Both the position numbers and the translations under genes were made by a program. Under the pieces are notes generated by a model, which had not been told where the DNA came from, searched no databases, and was given only the letters and a program-made list of their open reading frames with translations. Below, in pieces: positions 17,724 through 25,932 of a stretch of DNA of 51,289 bases. Position 1 is the first letter of the stretch. Every line of letters begins with the position of its first letter. Origin of the DNA: an uncultured Burkholderiales bacterium (GTDB taxonomy: Bacteria > Vulcanimicrobiota > Xenobia > Xenobiales > QWHO01); assembly GCA_964637145.1 (NCBI GenBank), contig CAZWUN010000005.1:1-51289 (forward strand). The letters are read 5' to 3'.

Positions 17724-18579
17724 GGCCAGAGATTTTGGGGCCGGCTGTCTTTTCCTGTATACGCTGATAGAGCGTTGGCCCGGCCAGGGCCCAGGCCAGC
17801 GCCACCGCCCAGCCTGCCAGCACGTCCACCATGTAGTGCAGCCGCCCATAGACCGTGGCCAGAGCGATCGACAGGGCCAGAAAACAGTAGAGCCAGCGCC
17901 AACCTGGGTGGTAGCGCCAGGCGGCCAGGGCCGCGGCGCTGGAGAAGGCCACATGCGTTGAGGGGAAGGCCCCTCCGTCCACTGCTCCGTTGCTGGTCAG
18001 GGCATGGCACAGGCTCCAAAAGATGCCCTGGCAGGCGGGGTCGAGCGGGGGCCAGAGCGGGCGAGGGCCCTGAACCGGAAAGAACATCACCACCAGGTAG
18101 CAGCTGTAGATGGTGGCCAGGCCGGTGAAGGTCGCCTGTTCGGCCGCTTGCGTCTGGCCGAGCTGGCGCAGCCGCAAGACCAGGATGGGCATGAACACGT
18201 AGTAGAGCAGATAGCACATGTGCAGCCACTCCGACAACAGTCGGTAGGGGAGAACCTGGCTCAGCCAGGCGGCGGGAGATGGGCCTAGCAGGCGCGTCTC
18301 CCAGGCCAGCACGGTGGCGTCATAGTAGACCCCGGAAAGGATCCGGTTGAGCACCTCCAACTCGCTGTAGATGGGGATCAGCAGAACAAAGGGATAAAGG
18401 CGGGCCAGCCAGCCCGCGCCCAGCCTGGGGATCAGCAGGATGACCGCCACGTGCCAGAGGATGCGGAGAACCAGTTCCCCCGAGGTGTGCCCGGCGGGGG
18501 GATGGGAAAGGCCCAGGACGAGGAACGCGGCCGTCAGCCCCAGGTAGAAACGCACCAGGGTATCGACCGGTCCGGTCAC
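17707..18579 (-). CDS. PAP2_3 (Aur1/inositol-phosphorylceramide-synthase-like) integral membrane enzyme
   Basis: Multi-TM protein with FPSTHVAFS and GRLHYMVDVLAG (PSxH ... RxxHxxxD phosphatase/phosphotransferase motifs). GTG 18579 lies 1 nt after the upstream stop; the ORF-track start 18627 is the alternative. Confidence 0.75.
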   Translation of the reverse strand: MTGPVDTLVRFYLGLTAAFLVLGLSHPPAGHTSGELVLRILWHVAVILLIPRLGAGWLARLYPFVLLIPIYSELEVLNRILSGVYYDATVLAWETRLLGPSPAAWLSQVLPYRLLSEWLHMCYLLYYVFMPILVLRLRQLGQTQAAEQATFTGLATIYSCYLVVMFFPVQGPRPLWPPLDPACQGIFWSLCHALTSNGAVDGGAFPSTHVAFSSAAALAAWRYHPGWRWLYCFLALSIALATVYGRLHYMVDVLAGWAVALAWALAGPTLYQRIQEKTAGPKISGREPDT

Positions 18580-18580
18580 C

Positions 18581-19615
18581 CTACTGCCACACCAGCCAGA
18601 AAGGGTCGTGGTGGATGCGTCGGGCATCGATCAGCACCAGGTCTTCCTCCACCACCAGATGGTGCAATCCGTCCCGGTAGGGGCTGTCCTTGCGTGGCTC
18701 CAGCTTGAGCACCGGCACTTCGTGAAAGGTCTCGGGGGTCAACTCGAGCACCTCCTGGACAATGACCGCATCGCCATAGCTTCTCGAACAGTCCTGGGCG
18801 GGACGATACAGCCGACCGTCCAGGCGGAAAGGCTTGCCGGCGGCCCGAGTGGAGCGAATGTCTTGCTTGAGTGGGTCCAGAGCATGGGCTTCAAATGGCC
18901 CCAGCGGGGAGGGAGCGTGCGCCGCGTGGAGTCGGTAGGCACCGTGCTGACTGGGACCTGTGTAGAGGAGCCACCAGAGTCCCTGGTGCTCGAACAGCAC
19001 CGGGTCCACCACCTCCACGTTCTCCAGCAGCACCCGCTCGAGATGGAGGCCATCGTGCAGGCGGTAAAGCTTGAGTCGCCGCTCGGCCAGGCTCTCGGGC
19101 AGGCAGTAAGTCTGGTCCTGCCAGGTGAACAGGTAGGGAAACGAGTGGTGCGCTCCCTCCAGGCGTGGAATGCGTCCTCCCTGCTCGGTGCTCTCCACCA
19201 GACGCGCGGGTTTGCCGTGACGATGCTCTTCCACCAGGAGGTGCCAGCCGCCGTTGTGGCGGAAGGCGAAGGGGTCAGCCTCGTAAGTGAGCGGGCCGGG
19301 CTCGGGACGCCAGTGCCAGTCGAGCGTGAGCAGCTCGTTCAGCCTCTGCAGACGGTGCCGGGCGTAGCCCACAGCCCAGATGTCACAGGTAAATGCATCG
19401 CGATAGAATTTCTCGAGCCGTCTTCGGACCTGGATGACAGCCGTACGCAGGCGCTGGGGCCAGCTCAGGGTGAGCTGGGGGAGCGGACCTTGAAACTGGC
19501 CGGCCGCCCGACGCAGCGTGCCCCGGTAACTCCAGTCGGGACGAAACCAGGCTTCGAATCCATCCTCGCGCACTACCCGGATGGGCTGGCCCCGCCAGTA
19601 ATCCTGGATGGTCAA
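18581..19615 (-). CDS. conserved hypothetical, probably beta-propeller-like (GH43-like fold suspected)
   Basis: Long aromatic-rich beta-type sequence (WAVGYA, EADPFAF, WHLLVEE, FPYLFTW, GLWWLLYTG, YGDAVIVQEV). A TTG at 19615 overlaps the upstream TGA (TTGA); upstream in-frame starts are possible. Family assignment is from memory only. Confidence 0.55.
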   Translation of the reverse strand: MTIQDYWRGQPIRVVREDGFEAWFRPDWSYRGTLRRAAGQFQGPLPQLTLSWPQRLRTAVIQVRRRLEKFYRDAFTCDIWAVGYARHRLQRLNELLTLDWHWRPEPGPLTYEADPFAFRHNGGWHLLVEEHRHGKPARLVESTEQGGRIPRLEGAHHSFPYLFTWQDQTYCLPESLAERRLKLYRLHDGLHLERVLLENVEVVDPVLFEHQGLWWLLYTGPSQHGAYRLHAAHAPSPLGPFEAHALDPLKQDIRSTRAAGKPFRLDGRLYRPAQDCSRSYGDAVIVQEVLELTPETFHEVPVLKLEPRKDSPYRDGLHHLVVEEDLVLIDARRIHHDPFWLVWQ

Positions 19616-20679
19616 GACCGCTCCAAGAGACGGTAGGTCTTCTCGCGACGGCCGCCCAGGGCGGCGATCATGGCCTGCATGGGGCGGTTGTCCGCCAGCA
19701 CCCAGGAGGCCTCCAGGCGCTCCCACGGGATGCGGGTATCAAGTTGGGTGAGGGCGTGAACGAGGGCACCGGCCACGTCGAGCTGGCGCGCCCGACGTAC
19801 CACCCCGATGGCATAGAGGCGATAGTTGCGAATCCAGCTGCGGCGGGTCAGGTAGTCGTAGAGCAGCCGCAGGGTCAGTCGCCCCTGGCAGCGTTCCAGC
19901 ATCGGGTTGAGGTCGGGCAGGGTAATGAGGGCTCCTACCGTGGAGCCTTCCCGCTGTGCGAACAGCACCGTCTCGGGTCGAATCAAGAGCAGGCTGAGCA
20001 CCACGAACTCGCGCATCATGGGTTCATCGAACTCTTCGAAGCCCCAGTTGTCGGCCAGCGCGTCGTTGAAGACACTGGCCAGCAAGCGGGTATCTCGCAC
20101 TCGATGCCAGGGGTCCATCGAGCGCACTGTCACGCCTTGCTCGGAAGCTCGACGCGCCCGTCCCTGCATCAGATCCTGCCGGAATTGGCCGCGCTGAAAG
20201 CTGTAGGTGTGCATTTCCTGCAGGCTACGAAAGCCGGCCTGCTCGAGCAAGTCGGCGTAGTAGGGCGGATGATAGGCCAGTAGAAAGCTGGGCGGGGTGT
20301 CGAAGCCATCCACCAGGAGGCCCGGGTAAGGGTCTTCCTGACGAAAGTGGTAGGGGCCCCTGAGGGGCAGTCCGGGAAAGGTTCTGCAGGCCTGCTCCAG
20401 GAGCCGCTCCAGAGCCCTGAGCTGGCCGGGCAGGCATTCCAAAAAGCCGAAGTGGAGGGCCTGTCGGTGGCGTTTGACGCCCAGGTGAGCCACCGGCTGA
20501 TCGTCTTGCCAGGCCACGAAGAAGGCACGCTCCGGGTCGTCGAGCCTGCCCATCAGTTGTCGATAGTGCTGCCAGAGCGGGGGCACCCAGGCCGAATGGC
20601 GGGCCGGGTAAATGGCTCGCGCGAGGCTCCAGAAAGCCAGACGCTCTCGTTCGGTGCGCACGCGGGTGATGCGGGTCAA
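19612..20679 (-). CDS. GNAT-family N-acyltransferase with N-terminal accessory domain
   Basis: C-terminal half has a GNAT-like pattern (LYAIGVVRRARQLDVAGALVHAL ... SWVLADNRPMQAMIAALGG). YHPPYYADLLEQAGF is typical of this two-lobed GNAT group. Confidence 0.65.
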   Translation of the reverse strand: MTRITRVRTERERLAFWSLARAIYPARHSAWVPPLWQHYRQLMGRLDDPERAFFVAWQDDQPVAHLGVKRHRQALHFGFLECLPGQLRALERLLEQACRTFPGLPLRGPYHFRQEDPYPGLLVDGFDTPPSFLLAYHPPYYADLLEQAGFRSLQEMHTYSFQRGQFRQDLMQGRARRASEQGVTVRSMDPWHRVRDTRLLASVFNDALADNWGFEEFDEPMMREFVVLSLLLIRPETVLFAQREGSTVGALITLPDLNPMLERCQGRLTLRLLYDYLTRRSWIRNYRLYAIGVVRRARQLDVAGALVHALTQLDTRIPWERLEASWVLADNRPMQAMIAALGGRREKTYRLLERS

Positions 20680-20716
20680 GGCCAGGGTTGTTCTGACCGG
20701 AGCGGGGTTCGCCCTT

Positions 20717-21646
20717 TCAAGCCGACCGGGTCAGTGGCTCCAAGTTGCGCATATAGCGCGCCAGAGTCTGGATGGTGGGACCGTAACCCTTGTGATAGAT
20801 TGCATACTCCAGCTCGTAGCCGAGCTTGCCGGCGCTCTCGAGTCGCTCGTTCGGATCGGGAGCCAGGCAGCGGTCTAAAGTCGCGGCCAGCATCGGGGTC
20901 AGTCCCGGGGGACTGCTCAGTCGGGTGGTCAGAAGCCGGGTGAGGGTTTCGCTCAGGCCCTCACCCTCGACCAGGAAAGGGTTCTTGCCCGTGAGCAGCT
21001 CGTAGTAGACCACGCCCAGGCTGAAGAGGTCGCTCCGGCCATCGGTGACCTGGCAGCTGGCCTGCTCGGGCGCCATGTACTCCACCCGGCCGTAGACCTG
21101 CTCGCCCTCTTGCGACTCGAGGTAGTGGGCGGCCTTGGCCACCCCGAAGTCGGCCAGCTTGACCTCGCCTTCGCTCGAGATCAGGATGTTGTTGGGGGAC
21201 ACGTCGCGATGCACCAGTCCCAGGGGCTGGCCCTGGTCGTCGGTGCGCTCGTGGGCATACTCCAGGGCCCGGGCGAGGCGGCTGACGATGAAGGTGGCCA
21301 GCTCGACCGGCACGGCCTTTCCAGCGTGCAGATCGAGAAAGTGCCGAAGACTCATTCCCTCGATCAGCTCCATGGCGATGTAGGCGCCGAAGGCGGCCCG
21401 GCCCAACTGGTAGATCTGCACGATGTTGGGGTGGATCAGGTTGGCCACCAGGCGGGCCTCGCCCACGAACATCTGGGCGAACTCGCTGGACTCGCTGAGC
21501 CAGGGATGCAAGACCTTGAGGGCCACCCGCTTGGAGAAGCCGTCGGCCCCCAGTTGCTGGGCTTCATAAACCTTGCCCATGCCCCCCGAGGCGAGCTCGC
21601 GGATGACCCGGTAGCGGGTTTCTTGAACAAAATCCTGAGGAGTCAC
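20717..21646 (-). CDS. Hanks-type Ser/Thr protein kinase, catalytic domain only
   Basis: G-loop LASGGMGKVY, VALKVL lysine, HRDVSPNNIL catalytic loop, DFG, APE. No TM or sensor domain follows. Confidence 0.9.
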   Translation of the reverse strand: MTPQDFVQETRYRVIRELASGGMGKVYEAQQLGADGFSKRVALKVLHPWLSESSEFAQMFVGEARLVANLIHPNIVQIYQLGRAAFGAYIAMELIEGMSLRHFLDLHAGKAVPVELATFIVSRLARALEYAHERTDDQGQPLGLVHRDVSPNNILISSEGEVKLADFGVAKAAHYLESQEGEQVYGRVEYMAPEQASCQVTDGRSDLFSLGVVYYELLTGKNPFLVEGEGLSETLTRLLTTRLSSPPGLTPMLAATLDRCLAPDPNERLESAGKLGYELEYAIYHKGYGPTIQTLARYMRNLEPLTRSA

Positions 21647-21727
21647 GCTCGGCTTGATTTCGATTCAAGCGTTCCCGGTCCTTCTTTTCCGGTTTCCTTC
21701 AGGCAGGCCGGTTAGTCTGATGTCAGA

Positions 21728-22855
21728 ATGCGCATTCTGGTCACCCATAGCTCCTGCACCGGTCACGGCCACCGGATGGCCGCCGAGGCCCTGGTCAGCG
21801 CCCTGCGCGAGCACCCGGGCGTGGAGGCCGAGTCGTTCGACATGCTCAGCGTCTGCCCGCCCGAAGTGCGCGAAACCCAGAAAAAGAACGTGCAGGCCTT
21901 CGAGAGTCGCGAAAAGCTGGCCCGCTGGAGCTACGAGCTGGCCCTGGCCGGCAACCCGGTCATCGGCACCGTGCAGTGGGCCATCAACCACTACAAAGCC
22001 TGGATGGCCCCCGAAGCGTTGCAGTACATCAAGGATTACCAGCCCGACCTGATCGTCAGCACCCATGAGCAGGCCAGCGGCCTGGTGGACATCTGGAAGG
22101 ACAGCGGCGAGCTGACCGCCCCCCTGGTGAACGTGCACACCGACCACCTGGCCGACATGCGCTGGGTGCAGCCCCAGGTTCAGCACTACTTCGTGGCCAA
22201 CGAGATGATGCGCGAGGATCTTGCCCGCCTGGGCGTCGAGCCCGACAAGGTTAGCGTCACCGGAATTCCCATCCGTGCGGAGTTTGGCCAGCCGGCTCCG
22301 GCCGATCTCGACCAGAAGCTGGGCCTCGACCCGGCCCTGCCCACCGTGCTCATCATGGGCGGCGGGTTGGGCCAGCAGCCCTTCAATCGCCAGGTCGAGG
22401 CGCTCGAGCGCCAGCCTTACCCGATGCAGATCATCTGCGTCTGCGGCACCAATCAGGCCGCCTACGACGAGCTGAAGGCCCGCCAGGGTGGCAATCACCC
22501 GCTGCACGTGTTGGGCTCGGTCAAGAACATGCCCGAGCTTTTGAAGGCGGCCGACGTGGTGGTCAGCAAGGCGGGGGGACTGACCACCTCGGAGATCCTG
22601 GCTACCGGCAAGCCGATGATCCTCTACAACCCGCGCCTGGGGCTGTCGGTGCACCAGTCCAATCGGCTCGAGTCCATCGGGGTGGCCAGCATCGCCCGAA
22701 GCGGCGATGAGATGGCCGGCCAGGTGGTGGGCTATCTGAGCGACGAGACCCGCAAGAATCAGCTGGCCCAGGCGATGGCCCGGGCCAGCAAGCCCGACTC
22801 CAGCCGCGTGATCGCGGCTGAGCTGGTCAAGATGGCCAGCCGACAGGCTGGTTAG
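21728..22855 (+). CDS. GT28 MGDG-synthase/UgtP-like diacylglycerol glycosyltransferase
   Basis: MRILVTHSSCTGHGHRMAAEAL N-terminus typical of the MGDG_synth domain. C-terminal SKAGGLTTSEILATGKPMILYNP is the GT28 C-terminal motif. Confidence 0.85.
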   Translation: MRILVTHSSCTGHGHRMAAEALVSALREHPGVEAESFDMLSVCPPEVRETQKKNVQAFESREKLARWSYELALAGNPVIGTVQWAINHYKAWMAPEALQYIKDYQPDLIVSTHEQASGLVDIWKDSGELTAPLVNVHTDHLADMRWVQPQVQHYFVANEMMREDLARLGVEPDKVSVTGIPIRAEFGQPAPADLDQKLGLDPALPTVLIMGGGLGQQPFNRQVEALERQPYPMQIICVCGTNQAAYDELKARQGGNHPLHVLGSVKNMPELLKAADVVVSKAGGLTTSEILATGKPMILYNPRLGLSVHQSNRLESIGVASIARSGDEMAGQVVGYLSDETRKNQLAQAMARASKPDSSRVIAAELVKMASRQAG

Positions 22856-22976
22856 CGGGCTGCCACTCCCCCCGAGTCCAGGATCGCAAGTTTCTTTCGA
22901 CCGCTCCTGTCGTCGCTGAATTGCCCGCACTTCGATCTTCCGTGCTGCGAAGAATCGGTCGGGTCGCTCCTGAGGC

Positions 22977-25454
22977 TCAGATCTTGTTCAGCAGGTCGTA
23001 CTTGCGCGCGAAAGGTGCGACCGTAGTCAACCCGGTGTGCAGTCCCTCCACCGCCACCGTCGAGACCCGAGTACGCCAGGGACGAACCGAGTGGATCAGC
23101 CCGCCCCAGCTCTCCATTCCGGTATCCTTCACATACTGACCGGGGAAGAAGATCGGGTCGGGCATCTGGATGGAAAGCCCGCTGGCCGCCCCGAGCGTGG
23201 CGTCGTTGCGACTCACCACCACCGCCTCCTGCAAGAGCGTCTGGCAACGGGCGGCCAGCTGGGCCACCTCGGCATCGGGGCAGCCCTCCTGCAGCTTCTC
23301 CAGGAAGCTGCCAAGATCTCCGTAGCCCGGGAAGTTCACGAAGCGTTTGAGCCCCAGCCACAGGTTCTCCAGCGTTCCTCGCCAGCCCGGAGCGGCTGAT
23401 TTCTCCTCGCGAGGGAAGTGGCGCGTCTGGGCGGCCGCCTGCTGGAAGTGCTCGCCCACCACGGGCAGCTTCTCCTGCACTTTGGCCGCCAGCTCCTCCA
23501 CCGAGGCGGTCAGGGCGGGCAGCTTCTCGAGATCCACCAGCGAGAGCGTGGGCACGACCTCGTTGCCGCCGTGGCGCTTGACCAGCATCTCGCCGAAGGT
23601 CTTGGGATCCTTGTCGATCTCGCCCAGACGGGGCAGGATGTAGGTCCAGGGCAGCCCCGCCTCCCACAGGCTGTCCTGGCTCACCACCGCGTAGCGGGCG
23701 TGCTGGCCCAGGTCCTTGAGGGCCTCCAGGTTGGCCATCTCGCAGGCCTCCATCACCAGCACGTCCACCTTCTTGCCGGTCTGGGCCTGAGTCAGCTCCA
23801 GGGCTTTCTTGACATCAGCCATCTTCATGCCGGCCAGGCGCTTGTAGCCCAGCCCGTGCCCTTCGAGCAGCACGGCCGTGTGCTCGGAGGGGTAGCGCTT
23901 CATCGAGCGCACCCACAGGTTGCTCAGAGCTTCGGGGGTGGGCGCATCGGTACTGGAGCTGCGCTCGACGGTGTGGGTCTGAATGGTATTGCGGCCAGGC
24001 GTGTGCACCCCGCCGGCGGCCAGCTCGTAAGTGCGGGTGCCCGACCAGCTGGCCTCTTCGTGGGCTTCGGCCACCCGGCCGGCGGTGCGGCGATCTTTCA
24101 TCCCCTGGTAGATGGAGAAAGCCGCGCCCTGTGCCAGCTGGCTGCCCACCAGCAGGGCCGGGATTCCAGCCAGCCCGAACAGGCCGAAGGCGGCCGCGCC
24201 CGCGGCCACGGCCAGGGCTGGCAGGCCATAGGTCTTGAAAGCCGCGCTGCGCTTCAATGACTCCACGTCCTTCCCCTCGCGCCGGAGTTGCAGCACGACG
24301 TGGGCGTCCGGGTGGGGGTTGCGCTCGAAGTCGATCACCTGGCGGGTGCGCATGGGCTCGAGCTCGCTGGCGGTGGCGTCCAGGTGTCCCACGATGGTCC
24401 AGGGGCGCGAGGCGGCCATCGGCACCGCCGGCAAGGACGTGTTGACGCTGGTGGGAGTCTCCACCTGGCAACCGCAGCCGCACCCGACCGGGTGGCGGTG
24501 GCTTTCGCCCTGCCCGTCCACCAGATCGCGGGTGAGGTTGCGCCCCAGCAGCCGGCCGCCGTGCCACCCCTCGCTGGCGCCCAGCTTGATTCCCTTGCTC
24601 AGTCCGACTGCCAGTCCGGCCACGAACCCCACCGGGCCCAACACGGCCGAGGCGGCCAGGCTGCCCACGGCCCCGGTGATGGCCTCGTGCCAGCCGGCCA
24701 GGGTCTTGTCCAGCTTCGAGCCTTCCGCCGAGGGCCCGTACTTTTTGGTCCAGCTGGCTTCCAGGCTGGCGTTCTGGCCGACTCCCGAGTTGACCCCCCG
24801 GAAGGCCCCGTAGCTGGCCCCCACCAGGCCAAAGGCGCACAGACCGGTCAGGCCGCCGAGCACTCCGCCCACCACCGAGCCGGTCGCCGTGGCCGCCTGG
24901 GCCAGCGGGCCCAATTCTGTCTTCTCGGGTTGCACCCAGGGCCGGTTGTGGATGATCTTGAAGCGCGGGGGAGCGGTGGGATCGTGATCGGGATGCTCCA
25001 CCACCAGCACCCGCAGCTCGTCCTTGAGGATCTTGACCCACTCTTCATTGAGGGAGCTGGCCTCGCTGGCCCGCCCGGCTTTCAGCTCGGTCTGCATGCG
25101 GGCCAGAATCTGGTGAACGTCGCCCAGACGCTGGAGTGCAGCCTGGTCTTCCACCGCAAAGCGCGTCCCCACCTGGTCGACAGGTGTGGTGGCCAGTTGC
25201 ACCACGAACTGCTTCAAGCGCTCTTCATACTGATCCGACGAGCAGCGTTTGAGGCGCATCAACCCCGAGAAGGCTCCCTGCACCATGCCGTCTTGCTCGA
25301 CCGCTTCTTTCATGTAGGCGCTGCAGGAAGGCGCGTACATGCAGTGGGCGCCCCGCTCGCCGTTGTAGTCGGCCGAGATGTAGTCCTGATAAAGGCTGAC
25401 CACTTTGTGAGCGGCGCCTGCCACGACCTGGCGAGGGATCTGGGTCACCTTCAT
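22977..25454 (-). CDS. multidomain membrane protein: YidD-like domain, Gly-rich TM segments, clostripain-like (C11) cysteine peptidase domain
   Basis: N-terminus LYQDYIS...CMYAPSCSAYMKEAVEQDGMVQGAFSGLMRLKRC matches the YidD/DUF37 cysteine motif. Three Gly/Ala-zipper hydrophobic segments occupy the middle. The C-terminal half has VLLEGHGLGY (His) and VDVLVMEACEMANLEAL (Cys) with YAVVSQDSLWEAGLPW, as in clostripain-family peptidases. Confidence 0.8.
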   Translation of the reverse strand: MKVTQIPRQVVAGAAHKVVSLYQDYISADYNGERGAHCMYAPSCSAYMKEAVEQDGMVQGAFSGLMRLKRCSSDQYEERLKQFVVQLATTPVDQVGTRFAVEDQAALQRLGDVHQILARMQTELKAGRASEASSLNEEWVKILKDELRVLVVEHPDHDPTAPPRFKIIHNRPWVQPEKTELGPLAQAATATGSVVGGVLGGLTGLCAFGLVGASYGAFRGVNSGVGQNASLEASWTKKYGPSAEGSKLDKTLAGWHEAITGAVGSLAASAVLGPVGFVAGLAVGLSKGIKLGASEGWHGGRLLGRNLTRDLVDGQGESHRHPVGCGCGCQVETPTSVNTSLPAVPMAASRPWTIVGHLDATASELEPMRTRQVIDFERNPHPDAHVVLQLRREGKDVESLKRSAAFKTYGLPALAVAAGAAAFGLFGLAGIPALLVGSQLAQGAAFSIYQGMKDRRTAGRVAEAHEEASWSGTRTYELAAGGVHTPGRNTIQTHTVERSSSTDAPTPEALSNLWVRSMKRYPSEHTAVLLEGHGLGYKRLAGMKMADVKKALELTQAQTGKKVDVLVMEACEMANLEALKDLGQHARYAVVSQDSLWEAGLPWTYILPRLGEIDKDPKTFGEMLVKRHGGNEVVPTLSLVDLEKLPALTASVEELAAKVQEKLPVVGEHFQQAAAQTRHFPREEKSAAPGWRGTLENLWLGLKRFVNFPGYGDLGSFLEKLQEGCPDAEVAQLAARCQTLLQEAVVVSRNDATLGAASGLSIQMPDPIFFPGQYVKDTGMESWGGLIHSVRPWRTRVSTVAVEGLHTGLTTVAPFARKYDLLNKI

Positions 25455-25533
25455 AGCCTGATTATCCCGTCAGGAACTGAAAGAAGCCTGACGAGCGTGC
25501 TCGCCAGGCTTCTCGGTCGCGTTCGAGCGAAGA

Positions 25534-25809
25534 TCAGCCGCGCTGGTTCTGACCGTTGGAGCAGCAAACGCTGAAGACCACCAGGGCGCAGACGCCGGCG
25601 GCTACCAGGGTGAGAAAGTCGGTTTCCATGTTGGCGGCCTTGCCGTTGGGCGCCGCGGTCTCGGCATAGGCGACTTTGGGGGAGACGGCTTCCTCTGAGA
25701 CGCTCCCGGCGTAGCCGTCCTGGCTGCCGGAAGCGGCCTGCGGCTGGGAGCCGGAGGCGCGGGTCGCCTGGGTGTAGCCGGCGACGGCGGGGTTGATGGT
25801 GCTGATCAT
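25534..25809 (-). CDS. small tail-anchored protein (91 aa), function unknown
   Basis: GGGAGGA Shine-Dalgarno upstream of the ATG. Ser/Gly/Ala/Gln-rich N-terminal region followed by one C-terminal TM (FLTLVAAGVCALVVFSVCC). Same strand as, and directly upstream of, the YidD-clostripain gene. Confidence 0.5.
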   Translation of the reverse strand: MISTINPAVAGYTQATRASGSQPQAASGSQDGYAGSVSEEAVSPKVAYAETAAPNGKAANMETDFLTLVAAGVCALVVFSVCCSNGQNQRG

Positions 25810-25932
25810 GGTGGTCCTCCCGTTTGCTTGAGTTTCCTGGGTCGTGACGATTTGCGTCGAGATTACCCACGTGCCCTGAAAATCTCCTGAAGCGGCAGGA
25901 ACCGACCGGCCGGCCGCACAGAATCAGACCGC

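Noticed and set aside
1971-20679. Search for a phosphonopyruvate decarboxylase, PhnW-type transaminase or C-P lyase / phosphonatase genes in the island.
   Set aside because: No ORF shows ThDP-binding motifs or class V aminotransferase (PhnW) motifs, and no catabolic phn genes were seen. The absence is reported as a finding rather than annotated.
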